36,968 nucleotides of DNA from Bacteroidota bacterium (GTDB lineage: Bacteria > Bacteroidota > Bacteroidia > Bacteroidales > Cfx3-03): positions 1-36,968 of the forward strand of contig JAUZOX010000001.1 of the NCBI GenBank assembly GCA_030706265.1. The letters run 5' to 3'. Below are positions 29,620 through 36,968 of this stretch, piece after piece. The position numbers and the translations under genes were made by a program. The notes under the pieces are model-generated. The model did not search any database. It had not been told where the DNA came from and saw only the letters and a list, made by a program, of their open reading frames with translations. How positions within the stretch are numbered: position 1 is the stretch's first letter; the number at the start of each line of letters is the position of its first letter.

Positions 29620-30912
29620 ATGACTAGAATTTTATTCGTTAAAAACATGTGGAAGTGCATTATGTTTATGATGCTTGTCCCGGTATTTGCTAATGCATCT
29701 GTCTGTTATGAAGGGCCGTCAGGCAAACACGATTCAATTGAACAAAGTGGTACAGAAAATCAAAAAACCAGGAATGGTGTACCGGATAGCCTTGCGAAGT
29801 TTAGTCTGGTCAGCAGTTCTCATATGGGTGTTGCTGCTGACTATACAAAACCCTTACAACTTACATTTAATCAGGATGTTGATGAAAATAAGCTTAAAAA
29901 CATTATAATTACCAAGGGTGGAGCAGATCGCGAGCCAATAGGAGCCGATACCAAAATACTTTCTGGTAAGTGGGTACTGTCAAGCACTCCCAGAAAAATT
30001 GTTTTCAAACCAGCCCAAAAATTCAAGCCTGGAATGTTTGTCTCGATAACTATTCCTGAAACGTTTAAAAGTTTGTCAGGGGTGGGTTTTACGGGAGGGA
30101 AAGATCTGATCAGCTTCATCATGGATAATGGGGAGAAGAAGGGTCAACGTACAACCAAGATAGACACTTTAAAAGTAGTGGATAATAACCTCATTCCATT
30201 AATGATCAGTGTGCCTAATACTGCCGAGAAGCACCCGGTTATGATATTTATACACGGTGGTGGCTGGTCGGGAGGCAAACCAGCCTTGTCATCTGCTTCA
30301 TTGCCTTCTGGACATACTGCAAGTTATCTTTGCGATAAATTGGGTGTAGCGGTGGTAGGTGTTGGCTATAGATGCACTGGTTCCAATGGCAGCTTTGCCA
30401 AGGCCAAGGCCGATATAGAAGACGCGGTAAAATACGTTAAAAAACATGCGGCTGAGTATAATCTGGACCTTAGCAGACTAGGTATTTGCGGCGAATCTGC
30501 TGGTTCTCCGCTGTCCGCCATTATTGCCCAACAGGATAAGGACATCAAATATTACATTGGATGGAATGGTATTTACGATTTTGTAAATGATAATGATGGG
30601 GAGTTTGGTCAGGGGAATGGTTACGGACAGGAGGAGCCATCTGCCGAGGCAAATTCGGCGTTGTTTCACATCCGGCGACCGTCACCTCCAATCACCCTGT
30701 TGATACACGGAACAAATGACTTGACAATTAATTATCGTCAGAGTGTTGCGTTTGACAAGGCCATTAAAGACGCGGGTGGATATTCCAAACTTATCCTGTT
30801 CGAAGGCCAGCCACATTGGTCATATTATGCTCCACGCGGAAAATATGAACTGTCAACCCTTTATCAGATCAAAGACTTTTTAATAAAAAAGATGGATTTA
30901 AAGGTGAAATAG
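29620..30912 (+). CDS. Alpha/beta-hydrolase esterase (Abhydrolase_3/BD-FAE-like) with N-terminal Ig-like domain
   Basis: FIHGGGWSGG oxyanion motif and GESAGS nucleophile elbow. The N-terminal LQLTFNQDVDENKL.. segment is SbsA-Ig-like. Start placed at the signal-peptide Met MTRILFVKNMWKCIMFMMLVPVFANA; the ORF is open from 29422. Confidence 0.75.
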   Translation: MTRILFVKNMWKCIMFMMLVPVFANASVCYEGPSGKHDSIEQSGTENQKTRNGVPDSLAKFSLVSSSHMGVAADYTKPLQLTFNQDVDENKLKNIIITKGGADREPIGADTKILSGKWVLSSTPRKIVFKPAQKFKPGMFVSITIPETFKSLSGVGFTGGKDLISFIMDNGEKKGQRTTKIDTLKVVDNNLIPLMISVPNTAEKHPVMIFIHGGGWSGGKPALSSASLPSGHTASYLCDKLGVAVVGVGYRCTGSNGSFAKAKADIEDAVKYVKKHAAEYNLDLSRLGICGESAGSPLSAIIAQQDKDIKYYIGWNGIYDFVNDNDGEFGQGNGYGQEEPSAEANSALFHIRRPSPPITLLIHGTNDLTINYRQSVAFDKAIKDAGGYSKLILFEGQPHWSYYAPRGKYELSTLYQIKDFLIKKMDLKVK

Positions 30913-31038
30913 CTGTGGCTATGCTTCATTCAGTAGGTGAAAGTAAGTGATCCTCGTTGAAGCCACTGCTTAGTTAGCCAGTGAATTAAAAACTAAAAAG
31001 CAAAAGTTATAAAAACAAGCAACATAAAGAATAAAGAG

Positions 31039-33432
31039 ATGATGAAAAAACATTTATTGAAAAACGGGTTCTTAATAACCTTCTTTCTACTGTTATCACT
31101 ATTAGTATACTCACAGGATAACCCAAGAGTAAAGGAAAATTTTGACTTCGACTGGAAGTTTAAATTAGGCGATGTAAAAGAATCAATTTCTCAGGGCTAT
31201 AACGATGCTCTTTGGGAGGACGTACAACTTCCACATGATTGGAGCATTAAGCAAACGGCATCGAAGCCAAAGCCCGGCAGCAGCTGGATGGTCGCCAGTA
31301 TGGGTTACCTGCCGGGAGGCATTGGCTGGTATCGTAAAACCTTCACGGTTCCCCAATCGTATAAAGACAAAAAAGTCGTGATTCAGTTTGGCGGTGTTTA
31401 TCTTCAAAGCGATGTATATATCAATGGCAAACATTTAGGGTTTCACCCTTACGGTTATACCACATTCGAGTATGACCTGAGCCCCTACCTCAACTTAGGA
31501 GGGGAGAATACCATCGCCGTGCGGGTCGATCACAGTAACTGCCCTACTTCACGTTGGTATTCAGGTTCGGGGATTTACAGGCATGTATGGCTGGAGGTGA
31601 CCAATCCGGTGCATGTAGCTACCTGGGGAACATATATCACAACCCCCGAGATTTCAGAAAAGGAATCGAAAGTCAACATCGCCACCACCATTGAAAATGA
31701 TACTCAAAATCCGGTAGAAGTTTTGGTACAAAACCAGATCGTTGATAAACAGGGGATGAAAATTGCCATGGGAAAGTCAAAGTTTCAGCTTGATAAATCA
31801 GGAAAGAAAATCCTTCCGCAGTCCTTGGTTCTCCCGAAACCTCACCGGTGGTCAACCGATGATCCGTACCTTTACACTATGGAAACAACAGTGATCGTTA
31901 AGGGTAAAACTGTTGATCAATATAAAACGCCTTTTGGAGTTCGGGAAATACGGTTTGATGCGGATAAAGGCTTTTTTCTCAATGGAAAGAACATGAAAAT
32001 GCAGGGGATGTGCCTCCACCAGGATGCCGGTTCTTTGGGTACTGCAGTTCCCGACCGATCCTTCTTGCGCAGGCTTCAGATTCTCAAAGAATATGGCGTC
32101 AATGCTATCCGCTGCTCACACAATCCACCTGCATCGGAGTTTCTGGACATGTGCGACAGCTTGGGCTTTCTGGTCATCGACGAAGCATTTGATAAGTGGA
32201 AAGGCATGTATTACAGCCAATATTTTGATGACTGGTGGCAGCGTGATTTGGATGCGATGGTTCTCCGCGACCGGAATCACCCGTCTGTGGTTCTTTGGAG
32301 TATTGGAAATGAGACAGGTGAGCAACGTGATAAAACCGAAGTAGGGGGTAAACGCGCCCTTATGCTGAAGGATTATGTTCATAAACTTGACCCCACCCGT
32401 TTGGTGACCGCTGCACTTCAGCCCGATAAATCGAGAAGTTACAACTCAAACGGATTTGCGCAGGCGCTCGACGTTGTTGGGTACAACTATCAGGAACCCT
32501 GGCTGAAAGATGAACATAAAAAATATCCGGACCGCATCATTTACGTATCCGAGGCTTACCCGTATTACCGGGGGAAGGGCCCTGAATACAAAGCGTTTTA
32601 CCCGGTAAACCCTTGGTACGACGTAGCCGATAACGATTTTGTTTTCGGCCAGTTTATTTGGGCAGGTGTGGATTATTTGGGAGAAAGCAGCGGATGGCCC
32701 AGCACTGGTTGGGTGACTTCGCCATTCAATGTCTGTATGTTTGAAAAACCAGCTGCGGCATTCAACCGGGCGGTCTGGAATTCTGAGCCAATGGTACGGA
32801 TCGCGGTTGCCGATCAATCGTTGAATATCGATCCCGGCAAGCCGCACTGGGATTGGCCATTTCTGGCAGATCACTGGAATTTTCCCCAGTACGAAGGGCA
32901 CGTAATCCATGTGGTAACCACGACAAACTGTGACAGTGTCTCGCTGATTCTGAATAATAGATCCTTGGGCACCCAAAACACAGCGGAGTATGCAAACAAC
33001 ACAATCGATTGGTATGTCCCGTACACAGAAGGCACCATTGTCGCCAAAGGGTATCGGGGCGGTCAAGAGGCTTCAACCTATGAACTGAAGACAGCCGGTA
33101 TGCCAGCGCAAATTCAGCTGTCAGCAGATCGCCTGCAGATTGAGTCCGACGGACAGGACCTTTCGCATATTACCATTAAATTGATAGATGAGCATGGCAT
33201 GTTGGTTCAAAATGCGGACCAGAAAATTACCGTAGAGGTAACCGGCAACGGCAGGTTGCTGGGGCTGGACAATGGAGACCTGAGAAGGAGTTCCTTTACA
33301 GGCGACTCCATTGCAACCTATTTTGGTAAAGTACTTACAATTGTACAATCTATTCGTAAACAAGGAGCAATAAATGTAAAAGTTACTGCAGATGGTTTAC
33401 CTGAAGCAACTTTGACGATATTGGGAAAATAG
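31039..33432 (+). CDS. GH2 beta-galactosidase/beta-glucuronidase-family glycoside hydrolase
   Basis: FDFDWKFKLGD, RWYSGSGIYRHVWL, NAIRCSHNPPASEFLDMCDSLGFLVIDE and WSIGNE (acid/base). Confidence 0.9.
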   Translation: MMKKHLLKNGFLITFFLLLSLLVYSQDNPRVKENFDFDWKFKLGDVKESISQGYNDALWEDVQLPHDWSIKQTASKPKPGSSWMVASMGYLPGGIGWYRKTFTVPQSYKDKKVVIQFGGVYLQSDVYINGKHLGFHPYGYTTFEYDLSPYLNLGGENTIAVRVDHSNCPTSRWYSGSGIYRHVWLEVTNPVHVATWGTYITTPEISEKESKVNIATTIENDTQNPVEVLVQNQIVDKQGMKIAMGKSKFQLDKSGKKILPQSLVLPKPHRWSTDDPYLYTMETTVIVKGKTVDQYKTPFGVREIRFDADKGFFLNGKNMKMQGMCLHQDAGSLGTAVPDRSFLRRLQILKEYGVNAIRCSHNPPASEFLDMCDSLGFLVIDEAFDKWKGMYYSQYFDDWWQRDLDAMVLRDRNHPSVVLWSIGNETGEQRDKTEVGGKRALMLKDYVHKLDPTRLVTAALQPDKSRSYNSNGFAQALDVVGYNYQEPWLKDEHKKYPDRIIYVSEAYPYYRGKGPEYKAFYPVNPWYDVADNDFVFGQFIWAGVDYLGESSGWPSTGWVTSPFNVCMFEKPAAAFNRAVWNSEPMVRIAVADQSLNIDPGKPHWDWPFLADHWNFPQYEGHVIHVVTTTNCDSVSLILNNRSLGTQNTAEYANNTIDWYVPYTEGTIVAKGYRGGQEASTYELKTAGMPAQIQLSADRLQIESDGQDLSHITIKLIDEHGMLVQNADQKITVEVTGNGRLLGLDNGDLRRSSFTGDSIATYFGKVLTIVQSIRKQGAINVKVTADGLPEATLTILGK

Positions 33433-33536
33433 TACTATTTTTCAAGGCTTGAAACTAAATAAGTAATGAGAATGAAATAATGTCGCATAATTTGGTTTAA
33501 AATTCTGACTCACCCACTGCATGAAATGGGCAACAT

Positions 33537-34075
33537 TCAAGTCTCTAATGCAACTTTGGTTAATTGGTTAAAGATATATAAAGGGGATCGATATCCCAAT
33601 CGTTTTTTGGGTCTGTTATTGAGTTTGTCCTCCACCCACTGCACCTGCTGATCCGAGACTCTGTCAAAGTCTGTTTTCTTAGGGAAAATACTGCCTTATC
33701 AGCCTGTTTGTGTTCTCGTTAGCGCCTCTTTCCCAGCTGTGATAAGGGCGGGCGAAGAAGAAATCGATGTTCAGGCATTCTCTGATCATTTCGTGTTTGG
33801 CAAATTCTTTTCCATTGTCGGAAGTGATGGTATGCAGGAAGTTCCTGTAATCGTATAGCAAATTGATGGTTGCCATGGCCATCCCTTTTGCTTCTTTGGA
33901 GGCCACTTTCTTGATCTTCACCAACCCTGATCTGAGGTCATTGGTGGTTCCATGGCTCCTTTATGATCCTTGCCGATAATGGTGTCCAGCTCAAAGTCTC
34001 CCACCCGGTTTTCTCTTCCACGATCAGAGGTCTTTGGGATATGTCCACCCTATTCAGAATTGGGTGGTCTAAAAA
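33537..34075 (-). pseudogene. IS30-family transposase, 5'-truncated and frameshifted
   Basis: ITSDNGKEFAKHEMI..FFARPYHSWERGANENTNRLIRQYFP, then (after a frameshift) KKTDFDRVSDQQVQWVEDKLNNRPKKRLGYRSP. An upstream frame carries NRVDISQRPLIVEEKT. Confidence 0.75.
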
Positions 34076-34104
34076 ATCTCGACAGAAAAATTGCTTACAT
34101 TTAA

Positions 34105-34236
34105 ATTTTCTGTCGTAGGAAAAGATCAAGAAGAGTATTTAGTGGAGAGTTCAAGGCCAAAGTAGCCATTGAAGCGGTAAAAGAGGAAAAGACGATTTCC
34201 GAACTGGCTCAGATTTATCAGGTACATCCCATCTGA
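34105..34236 (+). pseudogene. IS3-family orfA (HTH) N-terminal fragment
   Basis: RRKRSRRVFSGEFKAKVAIEAVKEEKTISELAQIYQVHP resembles IS3/IS911 OrfA starts. It ends in a stop with no orfB. Confidence 0.55.
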
Positions 34237-34277
34237 TAACCTCCTGTTTTCGTCAATGGGACACCCAAAAGATATTT

Positions 34278-34562
34278 TTATTTCATAATTATATCAAAAA
34301 GCTCCTGTTGTTCTCTGTCCATCTTTAGTTTTTGATTTTTTGTTTCCTTGGTGTGTGGGAGCTGATATCTGATTTGATACATATTGTGTGTTATTTCCTG
34401 AGCCCTTTTCAGACTTAATCCGGATTTCCGGGATTTAAGCAAGCGTTCCAATTCGAGCATAATTGTATATGCAGTGAAGCAAATGCAAATATGTGCCTTG
34501 ATCCTATTGTATAAACGATGGTAAATTGGACGTACCCGAAGATCGGTTTTGTTCATACGGAA
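34278..34562 (-). pseudogene. IS4-superfamily (IS1634-like) transposase, 3' fragment only
   Basis: FRMNKTDLRVRPIYHRLYNRIKAHICICFTAYTIMLELE matches the C-terminal FRxxKxxLxxRPIxH..IxAH block. The fragment begins 4 nt from the palindrome at 34567. Confidence 0.6.
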
Positions 34563-34566
34563 TGCC

Positions 34567-34586
34567 TTATGTAAAGCTTTACATAA
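34567..34586. repeat. Perfect 20-bp palindrome TTATGTAAAGCTTTACATAA joining two transposase 3' fragments head to head
   Basis: Read directly. A near-identical copy (TTATGGAAAGCTTTACATAA) is at 14095-14114. Confidence 0.95.
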
Positions 34587-34590
34587 AACA

Positions 34591-34963
34591 TATAAACAGC
34601 TCAAGCAGAATTTTCCTCTCAAATACTTTCTGGGAGACAATGATAATGCAATAAAAATTCAAATCTATTGTGCTTTGATTGCCAATTTACTAATGACAGT
34701 CATTCAAAAAATGCTCAAAAGAAGTTGGGCCTTCTCAAATCTTGTAAGTTTTTGCAAAATACACCTGTTCAATTACATTCATTTGATCAACTTTCTTGAA
34801 AATCCAGATAAAGACTGGCTTAAAACAATACAAATAGAACAACAATTGCAACTGTTCTAAAGTGACTAACTATTTAAAAAATGAGAAATCATAAAAACAC
34901 ATATTCTAATTCAATTAGTTATGAGTTGAAAAATGAGTTTTGTATTTTTACCGGACAACAATG
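34591..34963 (+). pseudogene. IS4-family (DUF4372-type lineage) transposase 3' fragment plus IS end
   Basis: YKQLKQNFPLKYFLGDNDNAIKIQIYCALIANLL aligns with FKWIKQHLKIKSFWGTSQNAVLIQIYCALITY of the 13.8-kb copy. The terminal gtatttttaccggacaacaatg (34942-34963) resembles that element's IR. Confidence 0.65.
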
Positions 34964-35110
34964 TTTGGTTTTAATAGTTTCAATCCTAAATCGCAAAACA
35001 AATACCAAATATCCATTTTGCCTTGATAACATTCTAAATCTCTAAGTCCATTAAAAGCGTTACGGTTGTCATATTCTTTTATGTATGGCGGATTACTAAT
35101 TAGTGTCTGG

Positions 35111-35549
35111 CTTTAAACTAGATTTCTCAATAAATATGCGGGTTCTATGATCGATACAAAAAAAGTTCTTTGTATCTTTGATCAAAGATAATCTCTTGAA
35201 ATTTTTCAATGATTTGCTTTTAAAATTTGAGCAGCCCAATTGGTCAAGGCAGCCGATATTTTGTTTAATTGATTCTAATCTTGAAAATCACCCACAGATT
35301 ATTTTAATGATGAAAGGGGACATTATTGGCCGTGATCCTGTCTCTCAATTCGGTCGCAAGGACACACCAAGCGTTGAGCAAATAGTACGGGCAGCGATAT
35401 TCAAAGAGGTGAAGGGTTACGATTATCGGGAACTGGAGGAAGCACAGATAGACTCAAGAGCCTGTGAAACCTTCATTAAACCTGAAGGTCGCGATCCATT
35501 CAGTTTCCAATTTTTTCATAAATACATCTCCAGAATTAAGCCTGAAACG
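35111..35549 (+). mobile_element. Left-hand portion of the IS5/ISNCY-like IS (partner of 3506-4693)
   Basis: IR-like end at 35111-35131. The transposase N-terminus (35178-35549) has a DUF772-like segment GRKDTPSVEQIVRAAIFKEVKGYDYRELEEAQIDSRACETF..ISRIKPET. It breaks at TGAAACG (35543-35549). The rest of ORF 35178..35759 is antisense read-through of the integrase gene. Confidence 0.65.
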
Positions 35550-35557
35550 ACTGATAG

Positions 35558-36463
35558 TCATCTATTTGTGAAGAAAGGGTGGTCTTGTAATCCTTTTGCA
35601 GTTTCTTCATTGCCAATTTTTAGGTACTTCTCCAGTAGTGCTATTGAAGAATGTCCTGAGAAGTTCTTTATCTCTCTTAAAGGGATACCTGCTCTAGCCA
35701 TATTAGTAAAGCAGGTTCTCCTCCCTGTATGTGATGATATTACTTCCCATAGTTCATAGTTTGTCTTTGTGGTTTGACCCTTTCTTTTTGTTGAGATTGT
35801 AACTGGTCGTTTTAATTTTGCTAGGTGTGCAGCTTCCTTTAAATACTTATTTAGTTTTTGATTAGATATTTGAGGAGGGAAGCCATTATATTTTTCTAAA
35901 ATGTCTGAAACATAAGGGTTAATAGACATCATCATAGTTTTACCTGTCTTTAATGACCTTGTACTAAGAAAACCTTTATTGGTGTTTTCTGATTGTAAAA
36001 TTACTGCATCACTAAATCTTAGTCCTGTGAAACATTGTACAATAAATATATCCCTTACCCAATCCCAGTGCCCTGTAAGAGGAGCAGTAGCAAATTGACG
36101 TACCTCATCTTCCTCTAATGCAACAGTATCTACATCTTCTGACATCTTTTTAAATTGGTTGAAGTCAATATTTGTATGTAGTTTCTTTAAATAGGTTGCA
36201 TTCATAAAAGCCTTCAATTTAGAACCAACAGTACCAGCATAATTTATTGCAGATCCTTTTTCATATATCATGTAATCCATAAGATCCATGTAAAAATTGA
36301 TATCTACTGTTTCAAATGAAGGTTCTTTTTTGTCTTTACAGAATTCCTCTAGGATAGATTTCATGGCATAATAGTTATCTGCTGCCCTTCTTCCTTTTAA
36401 ACTTACTATATTTTCAATGTGTTCGGTAAGATGTTGATAAAAAGACTTACCTTTCTTAGACAC
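35558..36463 (-). CDS. Tyrosine site-specific recombinase (phage-integrase family), probably lacking its N-terminal arm-binding domain
   Basis: SAM-like core-binding region, then catalytic R (TGLRFSD), HxxR (SHTGRRT), H (GHSS) and Y (LEKYLK). The frame stays open upstream of the GTG start to ~36556 without any ATG. The stop codon is 8 bp from the IS junction. Confidence 0.85.
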   Translation of the reverse strand: MSKKGKSFYQHLTEHIENIVSLKGRRAADNYYAMKSILEEFCKDKKEPSFETVDINFYMDLMDYMIYEKGSAINYAGTVGSKLKAFMNATYLKKLHTNIDFNQFKKMSEDVDTVALEEDEVRQFATAPLTGHWDWVRDIFIVQCFTGLRFSDAVILQSENTNKGFLSTRSLKTGKTMMMSINPYVSDILEKYNGFPPQISNQKLNKYLKEAAHLAKLKRPVTISTKRKGQTTKTNYELWEVISSHTGRRTCFTNMARAGIPLREIKNFSGHSSIALLEKYLKIGNEETAKGLQDHPFFTNR

Positions 36464-36626
36464 CGGTACAACACCAAATGCTTCCTCATCGAACCTTTGT
36501 TTAAACTCTTCTTTTGTTAGTCGGGTACCGTCTTTTTTAAATTCTCTTGAAAGATTTTGTTACCAGAAATCAAATATGCATGTATTTCGGCAATTAAGGA
36601 TGTATGTTTCTGAAGTCAAAAATAGG

Positions 36627-36968
36627 TTAAATATTAGTGCTTAGTTTATTCTCAAAGATGTTTTTTCGGTACTGCATGCGGTAGCTGTTTCCGGTTAATT
36701 TTATAATTTCGCATCGGTACAAGATCCGGTCCAAAAGTGCTGTTGTCAAGACAGTGTCTTTAAGTACATCGGCCCACTCCTTGGGAGATTTATTGGTGGT
36801 GATGATCAGTGAAGTCCTCTCGTGAAGATCATTGATCAGGTTAAAGAAACTCACCGCATCTTGCTGTGTTACGGGGAACATCATGATATCATCAATCACG
36901 AGCAGGTGGGACTTCATAATACGTTTGTATTCCACTGCAGCCTTACGGGTAATGTCTTTCATCTTTAA
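36627..36968 (-). CDS. istB: IS21-family IstB helper ATPase, C-terminal part (runs off the window edge)
   Basis: LLVIDDIMM (Walker B), [13 protein letters not shown] and [20 protein letters not shown] are typical IstB C-terminal blocks. The ORF is still open at 36968. Confidence 0.8.
   Translation of the reverse strand, partial: LKMKDITRKAAVEYKRIMKSHLLVIDDIMMFPVTQQDAVSFFNLINDLHERTSLIITTNKSPKEWADVLKDTVLTTALLDRILYRCEIIKLTGNSYRMQYRKNIFENKLSTNI

Noticed and set aside
32446-33066. 206-aa and 104-aa minus-strand ORFs inside the GH2 gene (similar antisense ORFs occur inside susC, GH115, GH106-like, GH78, and at 26276..26707)
   Set aside because: All lie antisense to strongly supported long genes and have no recognisable motifs. 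They are typical shadow ORFs.
33511-33654. 10-mer gcagtgggtg (as cacccactgc on +) occurring twice, 130 bp apart, near the IS30 end
   Set aside because: One copy lies in the coding sequence (QVQWVED) and the other in the IS30 tail. The match is too short and isolated to call a functional repeat.
35550-35759. C-terminal part of ORF 35178..35759 (+)
   Set aside because: Past the TGAAACG junction the ORF is antisense read-through of the integrase gene. Only 35178-35549 is transposase-derived.
1-36968. Idea that the window is a circular replicon, so that the two IS halves flank one contiguous 4.9-kb element
   Set aside because: Joining the end to the start places a stop codon 6 codons upstream in the istB frame that is still open at 36968. 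The ends therefore do not form a continuous gene, and circularity is not supported.

Overview
This is a Bacteroidota-style chromosomal segment. The core (about 5.1-33.4 kb, all on the + strand) is a polysaccharide utilisation locus (PUL). It opens with an ECF sigma factor, a FecR-type anti-sigma factor, an STN-domain SusC and a SusD. An esterase-rich CAZyme set follows: CE12-like SGNH esterase, CE1-like esterase, three alpha/beta-hydrolases, GH53, GH115, GH106-like, CE4-like, GH78 and GH2. That set suggests a decorated pectic or arabinogalactan-type glycan as substrate. Mobile-DNA debris brackets and interrupts the PUL. (1) One roughly 1.6-kb IS5/ISNCY-like IS is present as two halves, C-terminal part at 3506-4693 and N-terminal part at 35111-35549. 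Both halves break at the same 7-bp sequence TGAAACG, and both abut DNA of a tyrosine-recombinase element. That element's visible parts are 1-3505 (small accessory genes, a nucleotidyltransferase, and an ORF-free hairpin-rich kilobase) and 35550-end (integrase, then an IS21 istB). (2) A decayed IS4-family element at 13813-15549 splits the PUL. It carries a nested 0.45-kb ORF-less element with 27-bp perfect inverted repeats. (3) An IS graveyard at 33.5-35.1 kb holds IS30, IS3, IS1634-like and IS4-like fragments. The most unusual signals are these. A 20-bp palindrome (TTATGKAAAGCTTTMCATAA) sits exactly 4 nt from the same conserved codon in three independent transposase 3' fragments. The IS halves flank the PUL in reversed order. 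An A9 tract separates the only ATG from the reading frame of the GH106-like gene. No rRNA, tRNA or CRISPR array was found. All family calls come from motif recognition by eye, not from database searches.
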